Positions 37,914 through 52,051 of a DNA stretch of 64,000 bases are shown here, one piece after another (the stretch's first letter is position 1; each line of letters opens with the position of its first letter). A program made the translations under genes and the position numbers. The stretch is taken from the NCBI GenBank assembly GCA_028534125.1, contig CM052817.1:109122001-109186000 (forward strand), in the 5' to 3' direction. The notes below the pieces were generated by a model, which saw nothing but the letters and a program-made list of their open reading frames with translations, did not search any database and was not told the origin of the DNA. Origin of the DNA: Lama glama (lineage: Eukaryota).

Positions 37914-40057
37914 TTATAAACATATGAAGGGAGTGACACATCCAAATGTCATGTTACTGAGAAATGCCATCCCAGGATTCAGCATATTACCCATAAAGCT
38001 GTCCAAAGAAAGAATTCCCTTTAGTATTTGTACAACGTCTCATGGGATTCTGAACTTGCTGACTTGACGAACCATTTCGACTCAGGTATGAGTGGAGAGG
38101 GTGACAAAGGGAAACAGGTAAAGAGACAGCAAGTATCTCTGATTCAGGAACTGGTTTACCAAGTCTGATGGGAAAACTGAGGCCAGGGTTACAGGACATC
38201 AGAGGGTCGTGGGATCCTGATAAAAGCAGACTCTTTGGTCTGTGGTTACAGGTTTAATTTCATTCTGGTGGCAATGGGACGCCGCTGGAGGGCTATTACT
38301 GCGCGGGTGACGAGATCTGACATCCTTTAGGAAGCTCCCCTGGCTCTTGAGTGGAGGGTGAACGGCGGGGACAAGGCTTTTGAGGAAGCAAGGGGGGCTC
38401 AGACTGAGGTGAGGCTGAGAGGCTCAGGCTGGAGAGCGAAGGGTGGCTTGGGTGTGGCACTGAAGGAGGTGGGAAATGCTGCATGCAGGGTATCAGTTGT
38501 AGGTGGAGGGGGTTGGACGTGAGGGGGAGGAAGGGATGATGGTGCCGAGGTTTACGGTCTGAGACTGATGCTGGAGAGGATAAAGTTTGGCTGGTGGGAA
38601 GTGGATTCTGTCAGGGTGAGTGTGGGAATCACTTGTTCTAACATGGTCACATCGATTGTAACTCATCAGTTAGTCACCAGAGCGCAAGGACAGAACAGAA
38701 AACATGAGTCTGAAACTCAGTGGAGAATTACAGAATGGGTTAGAGAAAAAACCGGTGAACCAACAAAAAGTTCAGACCCAGGTGAGAACAGGGACTGAGC
38801 TCTCGACAGGACAACCTTCAAAGGTCTGGTGTGGACAGGGAGCTAACAGGAGACACCGAGAAGGTGCAGCCATGGGATAACGAGGAAACCAGGTTAGGTG
38901 GTCACAAAAGCCTGGAGAAGAAAATGTTCGCAGGAGGACCTTCACATCAGGTCAACAGATTCTGAGATGCTGAGGAAGATAAGACAGAGAATTGGCCCTG
39001 ATTTCAGCAAGGAACATGGATGACCCTGGTAGGAACCACATCAGTGAAGTGTACGGACAAACTCTTAAGTGGGGTGCGCAAGGAGAAGCACTGAGCATAA
39101 CCAAACCTTGGAAGTTTTGCTGGAAAAGGAGCGGGCACATAGGGAGATGCCTGAGACAGAGCTGGAGACAAAGCAGACACCGTCTTTAAGGAGGTGTAAT
39201 AGTCAGATGCGTCCATATTTTGATGGGAATAATCATTTCATTGGAGAAACTGGTCATGGAGGAGGCTGATACTTTCAGAACAGGTTTTCAAGGAGGTGAG
39301 AGGAAACGGCACTTGGAGCAAAACCAGGGGGGCGCAGCCCCCGAAACAGGTATCAGGACCTAAGACAGTGCAGGCAGCTCTGTCTATGGGATCTGAGGGT
39401 GAAGGTGGCGTGGTTCTTAGCAGATGGTAATCTCTTTCTGCTGGGGAATAGAAAGTGAGATCTTCAACTTACAGTCGGGGCCGGACAGGAAAGGTGGTTG
39501 GGGCTTTAATGAGAAAGAAGATGCTCTAGGACTGGCACCTCTGAGAACAGAAAGGTGAACTTGCCTGATGTAAGTCAGTGACCGTATCGATCTGGAACAG
39601 TCTTTTTGCCCTTCAAGGATTTCCATGACAGCTGGATTTTTAAAACCAGATGAAGTTTCCACAGCCGGCACCTGAATTAAGGGCATTCTTATGGGGGACC
39701 ACGCCCTCTAACAGGTGGGTGCTAACTCTGGGAAGTGAGTGCCAGAGTTGTACCGCAGGACACGGCTGGTGTCAGAACACCTGTCCGGGCAGCGTGAGAA
39801 GTAACACGCCTTGAAACGGGGAAGGCAGGATGTGCATCAGGGGTCACAGCCTGGCGACAGGCACCTCAGGAGAGGCGTTCTCCCGAGGCAAATGAATAGT
39901 TGACAAAAGGTTAAAGCCAAGATGATAAGGGTTACTGCTTCTCTTTTCCTTTAAGGTTATAAGCGAGGACGGTACGAAGAGTGAAACAAACTGCTGGGAC
40001 AGCGACAAGCAGAGATAAATGAGATGAGCAGATCTCGGGCGCTGGGGGCTGCAGTAC

Positions 40058-40212
40058 CTGTAGGTGGTGGGGCTCACGTTGATTTTCCGCGGCACACTGC
40101 ACGACTCGAATTTGTTCGCCAAGGTGACATTGTTCCCGAAGAGACAGTAACGGGGCATTTTAACCCCAACAACTCCAGCAAAAACTGACCCGGAATGCAG
40201 TCCGATTCGCAT
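40058..40212 (-). CDS. GUCY1A1: GUCY1A1 (sGC alpha-1) penultimate coding exon (155 nt), cyclase domain: [51 protein letters not shown](R)
   Basis: Class III nucleotidyl cyclase motif in its alpha-subunit form ([12 protein letters not shown]). Acceptor tttcag| at 40214-40213, donor AG|gtactg at 40057-40056. Phase-compatible with the exon ending at 34435. Confidence 0.97.
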
Positions 40213-41324
40213 CTGAAAGCAAAAAAGGAGCAGAGTGTTCCTGGTCACTGGTAACACACGCCCCCTCGTCGCAGCTGTGTGAGTGCCCTGTCTGACTGAC
40301 GGACTCCTCGCTCGCACCTCCGCTCCTCCTCACTTCCCATCAGCAGTGACTAGTGAGGGTCAGTCACACCTGTAACCCTTCTCTGTGTATGTCCTTAGGT
40401 TTGTTACCCAGGGCGGCTCTCTCTCCACTGTCTTCAGCATCTGACCCAAAATCCCACACACCCATCACAGTCACCATAGCAACCAGACACCGCGTCCATG
40501 GACCGTTTCTGTAAACTCTTCTGTTCCTCAGGTGAGGGAGACAAGACTTCTGGAGCCCAGAAGTTATTCCTGAAACACCGTCAGAGGCGGGTAACGAGCT
40601 AGCTCTTGCGAAACAGAGAACGGGGCTTTTAGGTATCTTGCCCTCAGAGAACTTTATGCCAAACTTCCTCCCTATTTAAATGACCAACAAGCGGAGAAAG
40701 AGTATTGTAGTATTTCAGGAAGCAGCAGAAAGCTGGGGTTGCCGAGGCCTGGCCTTCAGTGACTGTACATGTGAGCTAAGAAAGTCCAGACCCACGGAAA
40801 GCACAGTCGGGCCGGGGCCGGGTGCGACAGGCAGCCAGGATACACTGCGGTGTAGGGATCCTGGAAATTACCAACGACCTGCAGAGCAGTCAAGGCAGAC
40901 TGTTTTCAACCGGGATCTCCTAGAAGATCTGAGCGCTTGAGGATCCGAGAGGATGCACTAGCTGCTAAATTCCTGCTACAACAAAGCAAGTGAAAGCGGG
41001 GATGTTTTAAACAACCACCGGACACCATGTTCGTTATTTCCGAGTTCCATGTTCAGTTGACCATGTTTTTAAAAATTTTATTAGAGATGTATATTTTGAA
41101 CAAAGGCTAAGTACTCAGGAGCTTAGATGTAACTTAGAATTCCGAAAACTGCAGCCTCCTTGGTTTTTCAGTTGATTTCAGAGCTCTTCTAGAAACTTTT
41201 GAGAATCATTTGCTTGTAACACGTCAAATCATGAATCCTGCGAAACTTTCCAACAGAAGCGCTAGACAGTGAATCAGGAGAGTGGTGTTAGGAATAACCG
41301 GCAGTCCGCCTTGTTTTAAGTGGA

Positions 41325-41600
41325 AGGACACTTGACTTACGATATTATATGAGTTTCAGGGGTACAGCATAGTTATTCAATAGTTTATATTCTGTACTCC
41401 ATCTACAGTTCTTACAGAACATTAGCTATTTCCTGTGCTGTGCGTCACATCCCTGTAACTTATTTATATTTCATACCTAGGGGTTTAGGCCTCTTATCCG
41501 CCTACCCTGACTCCTCCCCCGTCAGCCCTTCCCTCTGGCGGCCACTGATTTGTTCTCTGCATCTGTGAGTCTGACTGTCTGTACGTTCCTTCATTTCCCT
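41325..41600 (-). mobile_element. L1 3' UTR fragment
   Basis: GTTTCAGGGGTACAGCATAG...TTTCCTGTGCTGTGC...TTTGTTCTCTGCATCTGTGAGTCTG pattern. Confidence 0.75.
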
Positions 41601-42603
41601 AGTGCTCTTTCCTCGTCTATAAAGCGCAGGAATGGATAATTTCCAACTCCCTCCTTCACCAAAGCTTTACGCCAAGCACAAAAACACAGCTGTTTTATGA
41701 CATCTGGCTTCTCCTTCCTTAGGAGAATATGGTTTTATATGTAAACAATATAACAAACAATAGAAACAAATGAACAAGAATGATGACCAAAGGCTATCTT
41801 CTGCTTATAAAAATCCGGCACAATTTTAGGAGATTTTACTCTCTTTGGCACTCTTCTGGTTAAACCAGTTTCTCTCTTCACACTTAGCTATTCCACCTTT
41901 GAATTTGACAAATTTGTCGTAACATTTTAATGTTTCTACTGCATGATTAATATAGAAATACGTCCTCCTCGTAAACATGCGAACAACAATGCAGACAAAG
42001 CCAGTGCCCCTCTGGTTCCTCTCATCCCCACCCCGCCATCCTTTCCCAGTCTTGAGGTTCACTCTCAACTCAAAGCGTTCTTATCAGGGAACCGTTCAGA
42101 TTTACAAGCATGCAAATGGTGCAAAGTTTAAGATACACATCATGCCTTGAATGGACACTTGGGGGCCACTTTCGACATAACCCCCTCCTCATGGCAGGCT
42201 TTGGGGAACGGGAGGAGGGCCCCGAGTGCCTTTCCAAGCTCCCTGACTCGCTCTGCTGTCCTTGCCCCCTGGTCTCCAGCACGAGTCCACCTGGGGGTTT
42301 CTAAGCCTCAGGGGGGATGTGAGTGAGGGATCAGCCGGAGTAAGTGGGCAGATGGTCTGTACAGATGACAGGCTGGGAAACACAGAGTTTGAAAAGAAAA
42401 AACGGAAATACTTCCTAGTCTTTCACCTTGACTCCATTCCATGGGGCAGGAGGGTAATAAGCAGTGAAAGGCTGGGCTTTGGAGCCGGAAACACACGACC
42501 CCAAGTCTGGATTCAGGAGGGACGTGGCTACTCTCATCTGAACTGTGGGTTCCTCTTTTAATGTTGTTATAAAGATTTTAAAGAAGACAACGTTTAAGTC
42601 ACA

Positions 42604-43103
42604 NNNNNNNNNNNNNNNNNNNNNNNNNNNNNNNNNNNNNNNNNNNNNNNNNNNNNNNNNNNNNNNNNNNNNNNNNNNNNNNNNNNNNNNNNNNNNNNNN
42701 NNNNNNNNNNNNNNNNNNNNNNNNNNNNNNNNNNNNNNNNNNNNNNNNNNNNNNNNNNNNNNNNNNNNNNNNNNNNNNNNNNNNNNNNNNNNNNNNNNNN
42801 NNNNNNNNNNNNNNNNNNNNNNNNNNNNNNNNNNNNNNNNNNNNNNNNNNNNNNNNNNNNNNNNNNNNNNNNNNNNNNNNNNNNNNNNNNNNNNNNNNNN
42901 NNNNNNNNNNNNNNNNNNNNNNNNNNNNNNNNNNNNNNNNNNNNNNNNNNNNNNNNNNNNNNNNNNNNNNNNNNNNNNNNNNNNNNNNNNNNNNNNNNNN
43001 NNNNNNNNNNNNNNNNNNNNNNNNNNNNNNNNNNNNNNNNNNNNNNNNNNNNNNNNNNNNNNNNNNNNNNNNNNNNNNNNNNNNNNNNNNNNNNNNNNNN
43101 NNN
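42604..43103. other. Assembly gap (500 N)
   Basis: Run of exactly 500 N; the round size suggests a scaffolding placeholder rather than a measured gap. Confidence 0.99.
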
Positions 43104-43309
43104 TTTTTAACATTTTTTATTGATTTATAATCATTTTACAATGTTGTGTCAAATTCCAGTGTTCAGCACAATTTTTCAGTCATTCATGGACATATACACA
43201 CTCATTGTCACATTTTTTTCTCTGTGATTTATCATAACATTTTGTGTATATTTCCCTGTGCTATACAGTGTAATCTTGTTTATCTATTCTACAATTTTGA
43301 AAACCCAGT
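43104..43309 (-). mobile_element. Young camelid-type L1 3' end at the contig edge
   Basis: Begins with the poly-T tail immediately after the gap; closely related to the 55003-55122 segment. Confidence 0.85.
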
Positions 43310-46300
43310 ATTTTACCTTTTTAAAATTAGGTTATGTGTTTTCTTATTGTTGGGTTTTAAGGGTTCCTGTATATTTTGGGTACAGTTCTTTATCTTACAT
43401 ATGATTTGCAAGTAATTTCTTCCAGTTTGATTCATCTGTTTCTTCAGTTAATAGTGTTTCTGTAGAGCTAAACTTCATTTTTAAATAAACTTTATTTTTT
43501 AAAACAGTTTTATAATTATAAAAAAAAATGAGTACAGAGAGTTCCCATATACCCCACATTCAGTTTTTCCTGTTACTAACATCTTACATTAATATTGTAC
43601 ATTTGGTGCAATGAGTAAGCCAATGTTGATAAATTATTAACTAAATTCCATAAAGTATTCATATTCCCTTATTTTTTTTTACAAGATATCCTATTTTTCC
43701 CCCCAGAATTCCATCATCTGGCATCTCCCTGCCTTTGGTCTGTAGTTTTTGTTGTAATGTCTACTTGGTTTTAATATTAGGGTGATGTTGGTTTCATTGA
43801 ATGAATGAGGAGATGTTCCTTCTGCTTCTATTTACTGAGAGAAATTGTAGGGAATTGCTGTCATGTATTCCTAAGTGTTTAGTGGGATTCAGCAGTGAAA
43901 CCATCTGGGCCTGGTGACTTCTTTTCCAGAAGGTGGTTAATTTTTTATTTAACTTCTTTGATAGATATAAGTCTTTTCAGATTGTCTATTTTTTCCTTGT
44001 ATGAGTTTTGGTAATTTGTATCTTTCAAGGAATCGGTCCATTTCATCTGTTATCAAATTCGTGGGCATAGAGTTGTCCATGATAATGTTTCATCATTCTT
44101 TAGTGTCCATGAGATCGGAAACGAGAGTCCTACTCTTCATTTCTGATAACAGTACTTTATGTCTTCTCTATTTTTCTTCTTCATTAGCTTGGCTGAGAGA
44201 TTTATCACTTTCATTTATACTTTTAAATGACCAGCTTCTGGTTTGGATTTCTCTACTTTTCCTACTTTCAAGTTCATTGCAGTCTGCACTAATTTTTGAA
44301 ATTTCTTTTCTTCTGCTTGTCAAAGGCCCCTCTGTATACCTGATAATTTTCCTCATGCTGAAGCCCCTTGGTCTGAGATTCACTCAGCTGCTACAGCTTT
44401 CTTCTCATTAGCATTACCAGGGTATCTCTATCCCCACTGCTTTGCACTTAACAACTGCCTCTTTATATTTAAAATGGCTTTCTTGTAGACAACATATAAT
44501 TGAGTGTTTTTTTATCCACTCATGCAATCTCTTTCTTTCAATTAGTGTACTTAAGGTGTTTATTGATATAGTTGGATCAATTAATATCCACCATATCTGT
44601 TAACTGGCTTCTAGTCATCGCATTTATTCGTTATTTCTTTTGCCCTCCTGTTTTCCGTCTTCTCTGGTTTTAATGGGCATTTATGTGATTTCCTATTATC
44701 TCCTATCTTGGCGTATCTGTTGCACTTGTCTTAAAAAAATTAGTGCTTGCCCTAGAGTTATTTTAAACTAATTTTTAACTGATCGGTTATCCTTCAAGTA
44801 ACACTGCACTGTTTCCCATGCAGTGTAGGTGACTTATAACAAATATTTCCAACCACCCCATCCATCACTTATTCATGTGCTATGATAACTCAGTATACTA
44901 TTTCACTATTATTACTTTAAAAACTTATAGTTTAAATAAATTAAAATAAGAAAAAGAAAAAGAAAAAGATACTTTTATTCTTTCTCCAGCACTTCCTTTA
45001 TTTATGTAGTCAAGTCTATTTATGGAGTCTAGATTATTTTCTTTCTTTCTGAAAAACTTCTTTCCCTGTTTCTTACTGGATGAGTCAATTGACAGTGAAT
45101 CTCTTCAGTTTCGGTTTGTCTGAGAATGTCTTTATTTCTCCTTCAGTGATGAAGATCATTTTTGCTGAATATATAACTGTAGGTTGGTGGATTTTTCCTG
45201 TGAACACATTTGCTATTTTACTCCATACTTTTCTTGCACAGTTTCTGATGAGAAGTCCAGTGTGATTCTTCTACAGACGGTATCTCTTCCTCCCTCCCTC
45301 CAGTTTCTTTAAAGATTTTCTCTTTGTCTTTGTATTTTTGGAGCTTGATTATTATACGCCTAGGTGTCAGGTTTTTGGAATTTATTCTGCTTGATGTTCC
45401 CCAAACTTCCTGTATCAGTGGTTTGGTATCTGTCATTAGTTTTCAAAAGTTCTCAACCATTATTACAGCAAATATTTCTTCTGCTCTGTTCTCTCTCTCT
45501 TTTCCTTCTGGTGTTCCCAATTATACATATGTTATACATTTTGAAATTTCCCCATAGTTCTTAAATGATCTACTCTTTTTGTTTATTCTTTTTTGTCTTT
45601 AAATTTCTACTTGTAAAGATTCTGTTGACCTGTCTTCAAGTTCCCAGATTCTTTCTTTGGTTGAGTCATCTTCTACCAAAAGTCAGTCCAAAGCATTCTT
45701 CATTCTGTTACACTATTTTTTATTTGTATCACTTTCTTTTGATTCTTTCTTAGACTTCCCATCTCTTAACTTTCCAATAAAGGACTTAACGTACTAATTT
45801 TGGTCATTTTAAATTCCTGGTCTGATGATTCCAAGATCTGTGTCATATCTGAGTCTGCTTCTGATCTTCTTTTGTTTCTTCAGACTATGTTTTTCCTTGC
45901 CTTTGGCATGCCCTGTAAATTTTTGGAGAAAGCTGGACATGTTGTATTGAGAAACAGAACCTGAAGAAAGTAGGTCTTCACTGTGAGGAATTGTGTTATG
46001 CTAAGTATTGGACTGTTCTGACACTTGCTTTAGCTGAAGCTGCCAGAGGTTTCAGTCCTCTAGCTTTCTTGTCCTTGTTAGTGTTAACTCCCCACTGGAT
46101 TCTGGGCTTCCCTAGGTGTAACTCTTTAGAAAGAGCCTGCATTTTGCAGAAAATTTCAGCTGTGATCCACTCTTGCTGCACAAGAGCCCTGCTGGTGTGG
46201 TGGCAGGTGTATGGGAGGAGATGTGTTCTGTATCTTATGAGCACATCTCAGCCGTTCATTGGGTGTTTCACAAGTGTTTCTCCCATAGCCTAGCTTTTGT

Positions 46301-46660
46301 TCCTCCCTCGGTTATGCAGGAAGATTGGAGTCCAAGGAATGCCCTTCCTCCAGGTAAGATAAGGTGCTGGAAAAAACTGTTCCCCTGGAGAATAAGCTTT
46401 TGTTGTGGGGAAGACACTGCAGTTGTATCACGTGGTCTCTCTGTCTCTGCCCCACCACAGCTTAGAGGGCATTTTTCTTGGATCTTCACCGTAAGAACCT
46501 GACAGGATTCTCGAGGTAAAATCTACAAAAGTGTGAGGATCCTTTGAAAACTGTGGACTTACCCCAGATCAGCTGATTTTCAGTTTGTTCTGCATTTTCT
46601 TCTTGAAAAGAAGGGGTGACAACTTCCAAGTTCTTCACATGTCAGAGCTGAACCTGAAAG
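43310..46660 (-). mobile_element. Old fragmented L1 body (ORF1/ORF2 remnants, possibly with nested pieces)
   Basis: Minus-strand translations RRKEISKISADCNELE...SWSFKSINESDKSLS (44168-44383, ORF2-like) and IQEVWGTSSRINSKNLTPRRIIIKLQKYKDKEKIFK (45218-45436, ORF1-like), with many stops and frameshifts. Boundaries are approximate. Confidence 0.82.
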
Positions 46661-49600
46661 TTCTGCTTATTGAAGAGTCAATATAAAAAAAAAGCAAAAT
46701 TTATTTTTCTATAATTTGTCCAGATAGGTTACTTTTAATGTAAGAAGAAATGCTTTTGAAAATAGACGCAGTTTAAAATATATTATATATATATAATCTC
46801 CATTATATAGTAAAGCTGCCTTATTAGAAAAAATACACATTTCAAAGGTTATATAACTTCAATTACTTTGGTATCCTCTTGCAGTCTCTAAAGTGCTTGA
46901 CTTGGATCATAAGTAATACGGGAAGGCTCAGCCTACTAGAGTTATAAAGCCCCAGACAAGTGTTTAACTTTAATGTCTTTATTTTATCAACAGAGACTCA
47001 CTCTCCAGTTACTGTTCCATGATTCACATAGTTGATGAACATAAAATCATGGCCTTGCATTATCAGCAAATGGTGATAACTAACTTGTCAGTAACTAACG
47101 TACATGCATCTGTTTCATGTACAAACTGTAGATGTTCCAGTGAAGTTGATGAGAATGTCGTTTAACATCTGTTTCTCAAGATGCAGCAAGTTAGTTTCTG
47201 TGATGAGGAATTTTCTTGGACGTGTATTAAATTGCTTTTGTTCCTAGAAGGAAATAGATGTTAGCAACAATAATTTTCTTAGAAGTTATGGAAAAGGAAC
47301 TGCCTGACTTCCTCTGTTTATAACAAATTTCCTACGTCCCACGTTTGAAGGGCCTGTGGCTCAGAGGTCTTCTCTTTCTCAGGAGAAAATTGTCATACCT
47401 GTCAAGTTAGATATGTCAAAAGAACAGCAAAGATGAAGAAGTGGACACTAAGGATTTTTCCCTTAAGTCTTACTCCCAAAAAAGCAAAAATCATTTTCCT
47501 CTGGGTATTTGAGATTTTAGAATACAGGATATGATGGAAAAGGACCAGAACATCTGGTTTGAGTATTCCGTATTGAGATTCAGAAATGGACGGCGTCACT
47601 GAGGTAGACACAAAGGAGTGTGTCAAAGATAACCTTTTCAGAGTGATTTAATGATAATTTTTATTGATTAAGTAAATGAAGACTGAATACACACTAATAA
47701 AATACAGTGGCAAGTGAAAAGCTACTGTCTTGCCCACCGCTCCATAGTCAGTGAGATGGGAAACAGGAGCCGGACAATTGAAAGCAGCCTAAGTGCCCTG
47801 GAAGGACAGCACAGAGACGTCAGAGCACTGACAAGGAGAGTCTGGTCTTTGCAGGTGGAGGGGAGATGTGGTCAGGGAACATCCCAGAGCGAGTGACGCT
47901 GAAGCTGAGATGCGCGATGTGCGGTATGCGTGACTGGAATGGTGTGTTGGGAAGGAAGAATGTTTCTGGCAGAAGGAGCAGTCTGTGCAGGAGCCCTGGG
48001 GACAGGAAGCACAGCGTGTTGGAAGAAAAATGTACAAGAACAACTTCCTCTGACTTTGATCTGTGTTCAAAAGCACAGTTGCCCAGAGAGAAATCTGAGA
48101 CCATGTTCTGTTACCGCCTCATCCACCTGGAGCCCGGTAGAACTCTACCCTCTTATCCATCCTTACTTCTCCCCAGAAGTCACTGCCCCAGCCTCAGCGC
48201 CGCGCAGGGCCTTCTAGGGGGCTTTCTTCTTCCCCTCCAGGGACGGGTGAGGCCGAGAGTGGTGGTGCCGTCATTCCGGACCCTGCTCCCCTTGCCTGCT
48301 CTAGCTCCCTCCCGTGTGTGAGGGCTTCCCTTTTGACGCCCGAAGCCTGAACAACAGTTGAGCGTGCCTCTTGCCTGTTTTGCTCATGTGTGCATCTAGG
48401 ACTTACTTAGTATATTGCAGCATTTTCTTTACACCTGTCTGCACTACTTGACTACAGGTTCCTTGAGGTCTGAACTCCCGTGAGTAGTCTGCATTCGAGA
48501 GTCCAGTTCATTCTTCAGAGTGGAGGTGCTTTTCCTTCGTCTGCCTAGCACAGAAGACGGTGTGCTAACCCCGAGCCACACACCCCCGTGGGTCTGTTAC
48601 GGAAGGCGGCACTGACAAGAGAGGTCACAGGCTCAGGGAGCCTTCAGGGTGCTTCCCGTGGGGTCGTTCCTTATCTCCTACTCAAGAAAACACTTTGCGA
48701 TGCAAATGAAAGGGACACTGTTGTAGGGAGAACCCCGACTCTTGATTCTACTGGAACTTGTTTTTCAAGCAAATCCTGCACCTACTTGAGTGTTTTGCTG
48801 AAAAGTAAAATTCTGAACACATTTCCAAGCTGATCTTGACAAAGCACAATTTAGAGGTTCTGTCTCATTTAATGCAGTCACTTTGCATGGGACAGACATG
48901 GGACAGAGACCCTCTTCTCTTAGCAAACTTAGGGACATCTTACTCTAGGGCCAGTCTTGACATAAAGTTCAGAGTCATAGCATGGTCATACTGCCCCATT
49001 CTCTATCATCAAAACTATTGCTCAAAACAATATCAAGCCACTTCCAGGCTATCAGGGCTGCCAGGTAATGTGCATGTCACGTTGCACAGCCCAGGACCAC
49101 AGGTCATGTGCACCACTCAAGGTACAGTTTACCGCATAGTTGTAAACAGAGGCTCTGTGGGCCCTTCTGGGGTATTACGTGGTGTCAACACCATGTTATC
49201 ATCGACTTACCAACATTGGGTTCCAGATGGTTCTAAGTTCATTCATTACATTAGTCTTCTATGACTTTTTTGGTGACAATATTATTTGAGAAGAATCAAA
49301 TTATTGACTGCAGTCTACTCGTGTGTTTCTGTGAACATATTAAAACATTTCACTTAAATCCTAAATAGTTCTTTGTTTCAATGATTGCTGTGGACTGACT
49401 TTTCACCAGTTCTATTGTTGTCAAATCTTAACAGCATGTCCTGGGATTAATTTAGGAAATCTCAAGTCATTGATTTGTGGCTCTAGGAGACAGAATAGAG
49501 ATTTCTCCCACTAATAAGCTTGAATCACAGAAATTAGACCTCTTTAGCTCTCTGGTGATTATCAAGGCCACACAAATATAGCATAAGGCATTTTAATTCT

Positions 49601-51884
49601 CATTTGAGATATGCGATTATTCAAGAGAGATTGATAGTGCTATGCTGTAGCCCCTGAATTATGAGCCTTTCTGGGGTAGCAGACCCTTTCCTATAGTAAA
49701 ATCTATCAGGTTATCTCTGCTCAACTGCTTTACAGTGGGTTGGTTTATTCAATTGTTTTGTCAACAAACAACTCATTGAAAATAGGAACCGTGCATCTTA
49801 CTGTCTTTGCATCTCTGAGCCTGGCGGGAGATGAGGTAGGTCAGGTGGTTTCAGTGTTGGGTATATGTGAGAACAGGCACGTGTGTTTTCGAGAAATGTT
49901 GTTAACAGAAATCACTTAATATTGAGTGAATTAGTGAATGTATCAGTCTTTCCAAGATGTGTAAGTAGTGATTTGTGGAAACAGTCTAATAGATATTGAT
50001 GATTATACTATCACAGTTATGCCACATGCACAATAAGAAATCAACAAAAAACAATTTATGGTAGATTTTTTTTTACATAAAGAGCCTTTTATAAGTAACC
50101 ATAAAAGACTTATTAAGTTGACTGAAAGCGAGTTTTAAATGTGGACTCTCTGCAGAGACAAGTCGTGGACGAGTACCAAACACAATTCTGAAGCCAATAT
50201 TTTCAGACATGTTTTTACAGGAACGGTGTTTTTAAGATCTCACATTGTAGTGCTATACACAATGAGCTGTTACTGCATTTTCCCACAGCAGTTAGGAATT
50301 GATTTCATGCTGTCAATTAAGAACACCCAGCCAGGTGTCCAATATAACAGCCACCAACCAGCTTATGACAAATATCAGAACTGTCTCCTACCAGACATTT
50401 ACTGTTAAGTGAGTGACTTGGACAAATCTGTTGCAGATTTGATTTGAAAAGGGAACAGATAATGTGGTCCAACAGATGGAAGGTTTACAACAGAAACAAC
50501 TGCTTACCATCAGCTTGTTTTCTTGAACAAATCTCCTTTACTAGGCATTAAAGCACTTTTTTCAAGCCCATGCACAAAGTTTGGAAGAGTTCTTTTATCA
50601 ACACACACCTGCACGATCTCAGCAGCTACGTGGTGAGATTTTCACGATGCAGTTAGTAGAGTTTCATTCAGAAGAGTCCAAAAGAATGTGAAAAAGAGGC
50701 AAAGGACATGTTCTGGAAGAATAATGGTAACTTTCCACATTAGTGCACAATAAATGTCCACTTTGTTATTGCTGTACAGACTGTAATAAAAGGGTTAGCT
50801 GAGACACGGGAAAACAGACTATGGTCATGGAAGTGGTAAAACCAAGCCTGCGTGAGATTTAAAGTCAACTGACTCTTTCCTTTCCAAATGAACAGTTTAT
50901 TTGAAATGAGTCTAGGAATACTTGTTAAATAAGCATTTAGTAATTAACATTTAGCAAGCACTTCATTATTTTGGGATGGGAGGGAAGGGGGCCAGAGAGC
51001 ACTGGTGGGGACAATAGTAATGTATTACTCTGTAAGTGGTGTTAATATCTGTAAAAAATGGGTCGTTGTCTGTGACTTCAGTGCTTGTAGCATAAATTAA
51101 GTTCCAAGGAAGGTTTGTTGACATTCAAAGATAAAATTTGTTGACAAGATCTAGCTACTGTGGATAAAGTAGGAAGAAGTACATTTGATTATCAGTAATT
51201 ATCACCCACGTAAACTGTTAGCCTCAGGGAGGCAGACAGGTAAGTGATTGGAAGTGGCTCCCGGGGGCATTGTGTTGAGAAAGATTCTGAGGACTAACTG
51301 AGAAAGCACGCGGTGATAAACGTGTCATTGTGGGTGATGCTGGGGGTGAAGAGGGTGAGTGATGGCCCATATACCTAATATTTCTTATCGCTAGAGCATA
51401 TATAGCTTAGAAATTAACTCAAAGACAAAGAAAATTCTATTATTTATAGAGCCCTGAATATATATTTAACATTTTATTCTACGAAACTCAAAGAAATTTA
51501 GTTAAGTGGGTAGTGAAGGTTTGGTTTCTTTCCCTCTGAGTCACAGCTGGTGCTTTCTGTGATAGATGATGAATTTCACCGTGTTTTGATGTTTAGGGCA
51601 TCAATAAAATAAAATGAAAATAAAGTGAAAAGATTATAGTAAGAAAGCCCCAGTCCTCCTCCTGACAGAGTACTTAAACTAACACTTGATACCAACCAAG
51701 AGTCTGAAGTGTCCCATAAACTGCTTGGATAGTGGGCACTGGCGTGTTTTTAAATTGGAGTTTGTAAGACCAAAACACATAAGCAATGATCATGAAGATT
51801 GGCGCTAATCTAAATAAGTAAAAATTGTTGGAAAGGAGATCATAATTGTTGCTTAAGAATGTTAAGTTATAGAAAACACATTCA

Positions 51885-52051
51885 GGGGGGTGGGTGTGGC
51901 TCTGTGGTAGAGCTGGGTTCAAGCCCCAGCACCTCCATTAAATAAATAGATAAAACCTAATTACCTCCCTCCACCCCTCAAAAAGTATACGGCGCTGTAT
52001 GTCAATTGTATCTTAATAAAATATAATAAAAAACAAAACAAAACAAAACAA
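51885..52051 (+). mobile_element. Internally deleted Vic-1-like SINE joined to an L1-type 3' tail
   Basis: The head lacks about 24 nt between the A and B boxes. It is followed by TATGTCAATTGTATCTTAATAAA and an (AAAAC)n tail. 12-bp TSD AAAACACA(T/C)TCA at 51873-51884 and 52052-52063. Confidence 0.75.

Noticed and set aside
42415..43123. ORFs of 232 and 192 aa spanning the N run
   Set aside because: Artefacts of translating N.
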